DNA from: Candidatus Poribacteria bacterium
GTDB lineage: Bacteria > Poribacteria > WGA-4E > PCPOR2b
Length of the DNA: 64,000 nt
Direction: 5' to 3'
Assembly: GCA_965215015.1 (NCBI GenBank)
Contig: OZ244042.1
Coordinates: forward strand, 5,472,001 to 5,536,000
The translations under genes and the position numbers were made by a program. The stretch's first letter is position 1. Every line of letters begins with the position of its first letter. Shown here piece after piece: positions 61,271-64,000 of the stretch. The notes below the pieces were generated by a model, which was given only the letters and a program-made list of their open reading frames with translations, was not told the DNA's origin and ran no database searches.

Positions 61271-62974
61271 ATGATTGAATACGATGTGCTCGTTATTGGC
61301 GGCGGTTTGGCGGGGATGAGTGCCGCCCTGCATGCGGGAGAGGCCGGGGCGAGCGTGGCAATGATGTCAAAGGTTTACCCAACGCGCTCCCACTCGGCAG
61401 CCGCGCAAGGCGGTATCAACGCAGCACTAGGTATTGAAGACTCGTGGGAAGTTCACGCTTATGAGACTGTCAAAGGCAGTGACTTCTTAGGCGACCAGGA
61501 TGCCATCGAAATCCTGTGCCATGAAGGCATTCAGGACGTCTTCTCTCTTGAACATTGGGGCGTCATCTTTGACCGCAATGAAGAGGGAAACATCCACATG
61601 CGCGGCTTCGGCGGAACGGACAAGAGCCGCACGTGCCATGTCGGCGATATGACTGGGCAGACCATTTTGCACGTCATGTACGAGCGACTGCTCAAGATGA
61701 ACGTCAAATCCTACGATGAATGGTTCGTGACAACACTGCTCATGGAGGAAGGCGCATGCTGTGGTGCCGTGGCGATGGAGATAACGAGCGGCAAATTGGA
61801 AGTCTTTAAGGCGAAAGCGGTCATTATCTGCACCGGTGGTTGTGGACGGGTCTACGAGCCAAGCACCAATGGGCTTATCGTGACGGGCGATGGGCTTTCT
61901 TTAGCCTATCGTGTTGGGGCCCTGCTCATGGACATGGAGATGGTACAATATCATCCGACGACACTCCCCGCCAACGGCTTTCTCATCACAGAAGGAGCGC
62001 GCGGCGAAGGCGCGTATCTGCTGAATTCCGAGGGCGAGCGGTTTATGCAGGAGGAACGCTATGGCGCAACAACATTGGAGGAAAAAGCCTCGCGCGATGT
62101 TGTCTCTCGCGCCGAAACAATCGAAATCCAGGAAGGGCGTGGGATTGATGGCTGTGTACTGCTTGATTGTCGCCACATCAAAGACCGTATTTTAGAGGCT
62201 TTCCATCAAATTTCCGAGCTCGCAATTGATTATGCTGGTGTGGATATTACGCAGCAGCCCCTACCGATTCGACCAGGGATGCATTATATGATGGGGGGCA
62301 TTAAGACGGATATAGACGGACGCTGCTATCGACATAACGGGGATGGTTCAGAACCGCTGCCCGGCTTGTACTCGGCAGGTGAGGCTGCCTGTGTTTCAGC
62401 ACATGGGGCGAATCGCCTCGGGGGCAACAGCCTACTGGACTGTGTTACATTTGGCCGGAGAGCGGGCGCACATGCGGTGGAATATGCTAGAAGCATTAAC
62501 TCTGCTAATATCTCCGAGGCAGTCATAGGAGTGGAGGAGCAGAAGATTGGAGACCTTTTTGCTCGCTCGACGAACGAGCGGGCCCCCGCCCTGCGACTGG
62601 AAATGGGCGAGATTATGCACACTTTCACTGGTGTGTTTCGCGAGGAGGCCGGTTTGATTGAGGCACAACGCAGAATCCACGCTGTCCGTGAACGTTATCC
62701 AGACGTCTCTGTTCACGATAAGGGTAGAGTATTCAATACCGATTTGCTAGCTGTCTTAGAGTTGGACTTCATGTTCGATTGTGCTGAAACGATTATCGCT
62801 AGTGCCCTTGCACGCAAGGAAAGCCGTGGTGCCCACACCCGCACCGACTATCCTGAACGGGACGACGAGAACTGGCTCAAGCATGTGGCTGTCTACCATA
62901 CCCCTGACGGACCCGCAGTTACCTATCTGCCGGTGACGATTACGAAATGGCAACCGGAGGCGCGGAAGTACTGA
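61271..62974 (+). CDS. sdhA: Succinate dehydrogenase/fumarate reductase flavoprotein
   Basis: GGGLAG, RSHSAAAQGG covalent-FAD His, QYHPT, EGARGEG, HGANRLGGNSL, ESRGAH. Confidence 0.95.
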   Translation: MIEYDVLVIGGGLAGMSAALHAGEAGASVAMMSKVYPTRSHSAAAQGGINAALGIEDSWEVHAYETVKGSDFLGDQDAIEILCHEGIQDVFSLEHWGVIFDRNEEGNIHMRGFGGTDKSRTCHVGDMTGQTILHVMYERLLKMNVKSYDEWFVTTLLMEEGACCGAVAMEITSGKLEVFKAKAVIICTGGCGRVYEPSTNGLIVTGDGLSLAYRVGALLMDMEMVQYHPTTLPANGFLITEGARGEGAYLLNSEGERFMQEERYGATTLEEKASRDVVSRAETIEIQEGRGIDGCVLLDCRHIKDRILEAFHQISELAIDYAGVDITQQPLPIRPGMHYMMGGIKTDIDGRCYRHNGDGSEPLPGLYSAGEAACVSAHGANRLGGNSLLDCVTFGRRAGAHAVEYARSINSANISEAVIGVEEQKIGDLFARSTNERAPALRLEMGEIMHTFTGVFREEAGLIEAQRRIHAVRERYPDVSVHDKGRVFNTDLLAVLELDFMFDCAETIIASALARKESRGAHTRTDYPERDDENWLKHVAVYHTPDGPAVTYLPVTITKWQPEARKY

Positions 62975-63304
62975 GATGTAATATGCAGAGACTAGGAAAC
63001 CAATGGCACTAGTTTGCAACTGTTGAGACCGAGAATGAAACGTGAAGGCCGGAAAACGGGATAGGGAGAAAACAGGAGGATCGAGAAAGCGTGGAATCGA
63101 GTTAGAACACTTACTCCCTTACTCCCTCACACACCCCCTCCCGCGTCTGCTCGTTTCCTTGTTGTCTCGTTATGGCGCAATAACCCAATGAACCAATCAA
63201 CTCTCGAGCTGTTGAACGATGTGGAAACGACGGCCTCACCGACTCGTACCAAAGGTTAGAAAATGGGAACTTAACGCATTACTCATCACGCATAGGAGAT
63301 AAGA

Positions 63305-64000
63305 ATGATACAAGCTAATTTGAAGGTGTACCGTTACGACCCGCAGACAGCTCAGGAACCGCATTATGACACCTATGAAGTAAAGGAGTTGCCTGATTTT
63401 GCAACCGTGCTGGATGCGCTTATCAAAGTCCGCGAAGATATCGACGGTACCCTCGCGATGCGCTGTTCATGTCGCAGCGCGGTTTGCGGCTCATGTGCCT
63501 TCCGGGTCAATGGACACGCGAAGTTAGGGTGCAAGACCAAGGTCTCAACGCTTGCCCCTGACGGTGAGGAGATTCGTGTTGAGCCGATGGGCAACATGAA
63601 GGTAATTAAAGACCTTGTGACTGAAATGGAGATGTTCTGGGATAAATTAAAGCAAGTGAAGCCGTGGATTGAGACGGAGGGAGAGCCCCCAGAACGTGAG
63701 TATCAAGTCCCGCACGCTAAGATGGTCGAACTGCAACAACCAATGAACTGCATCATGTGCGGCGCATGTGTGAGCGATTGCACGGTGCTAGAGGAGGATT
63801 CAAACTTCTTAGCTCCTGCGGCACTGGCGAAAGCGTACCGCGTGGTCGGGGATCCGCGCCACGACAAAACCAAAGAGTGGCTAACAGAGCTGAGTGAAGA
63901 GGGCGGTATCTGGGATTGCACAAGGTGTCTGGAATGTGTGGAGGTCTGCCCGAAGGATGTCGCGCCAATGGACCAAATTATCAAGTTGCGTGAACAAGCA
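63305..64000 (+). CDS. sdhB: Succinate dehydrogenase iron-sulfur subunit (partial, runs off right edge)
   Basis: AGGAG RBS, MIQANLKVYRYDP, CRSAVCGSC, CIMCGAC...C, WDCTRCLECVEVCP. Confidence 0.93.
   Translation, partial: MIQANLKVYRYDPQTAQEPHYDTYEVKELPDFATVLDALIKVREDIDGTLAMRCSCRSAVCGSCAFRVNGHAKLGCKTKVSTLAPDGEEIRVEPMGNMKVIKDLVTEMEMFWDKLKQVKPWIETEGEPPEREYQVPHAKMVELQQPMNCIMCGACVSDCTVLEEDSNFLAPAALAKAYRVVGDPRHDKTKEWLTELSEEGGIWDCTRCLECVEVCPKDVAPMDQIIKLREQA

Overview
Bacterial chromosomal window of roughly 50% GC with no rRNA, tRNA or CRISPR array seen. The gene inventory (PhyH dioxygenase, Gfo/Idh/MocA, T9SS-like C-terminal domain, many short REP-like palindromes) suggests Ca. Poribacteria; this is inference only. 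The first 31 kb are housekeeping and accessory genes: TonB receptor, lexA, xdhC, a catalytically dead MDH-like protein, an orphan nuoI, guaB, glyA, folC, a Na+,H+-type membrane PPase, accC and comB. From 31.7 kb to the end lies a + strand respiratory supercluster with four parts. (i) A b6f-like Rieske / split cytochrome b complex with an octaheme cytochrome c. (ii) A non-canonical CydA-like protein with no CydB, followed by three membrane cytochromes c (one with an EbdC/NxrC-like domain) and bracketed by two cupredoxin-like paralogs. (iii) An ABC-2 transporter interrupted by a methylase/KTSC islet, then a full aa3-type oxidase with assembly genes. (iv) sdhAB. The strongest non-coding signal is an identical perfect 16-bp palindrome, TCACGGATATCCGTGA, centred at about -61.5 in front of both operon (i) and operon (ii). 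It points to an undescribed activator co-regulating a Nitrospira-like cytochrome c / bd-like respiratory module. All calls come from motif reading; no database searches were run.
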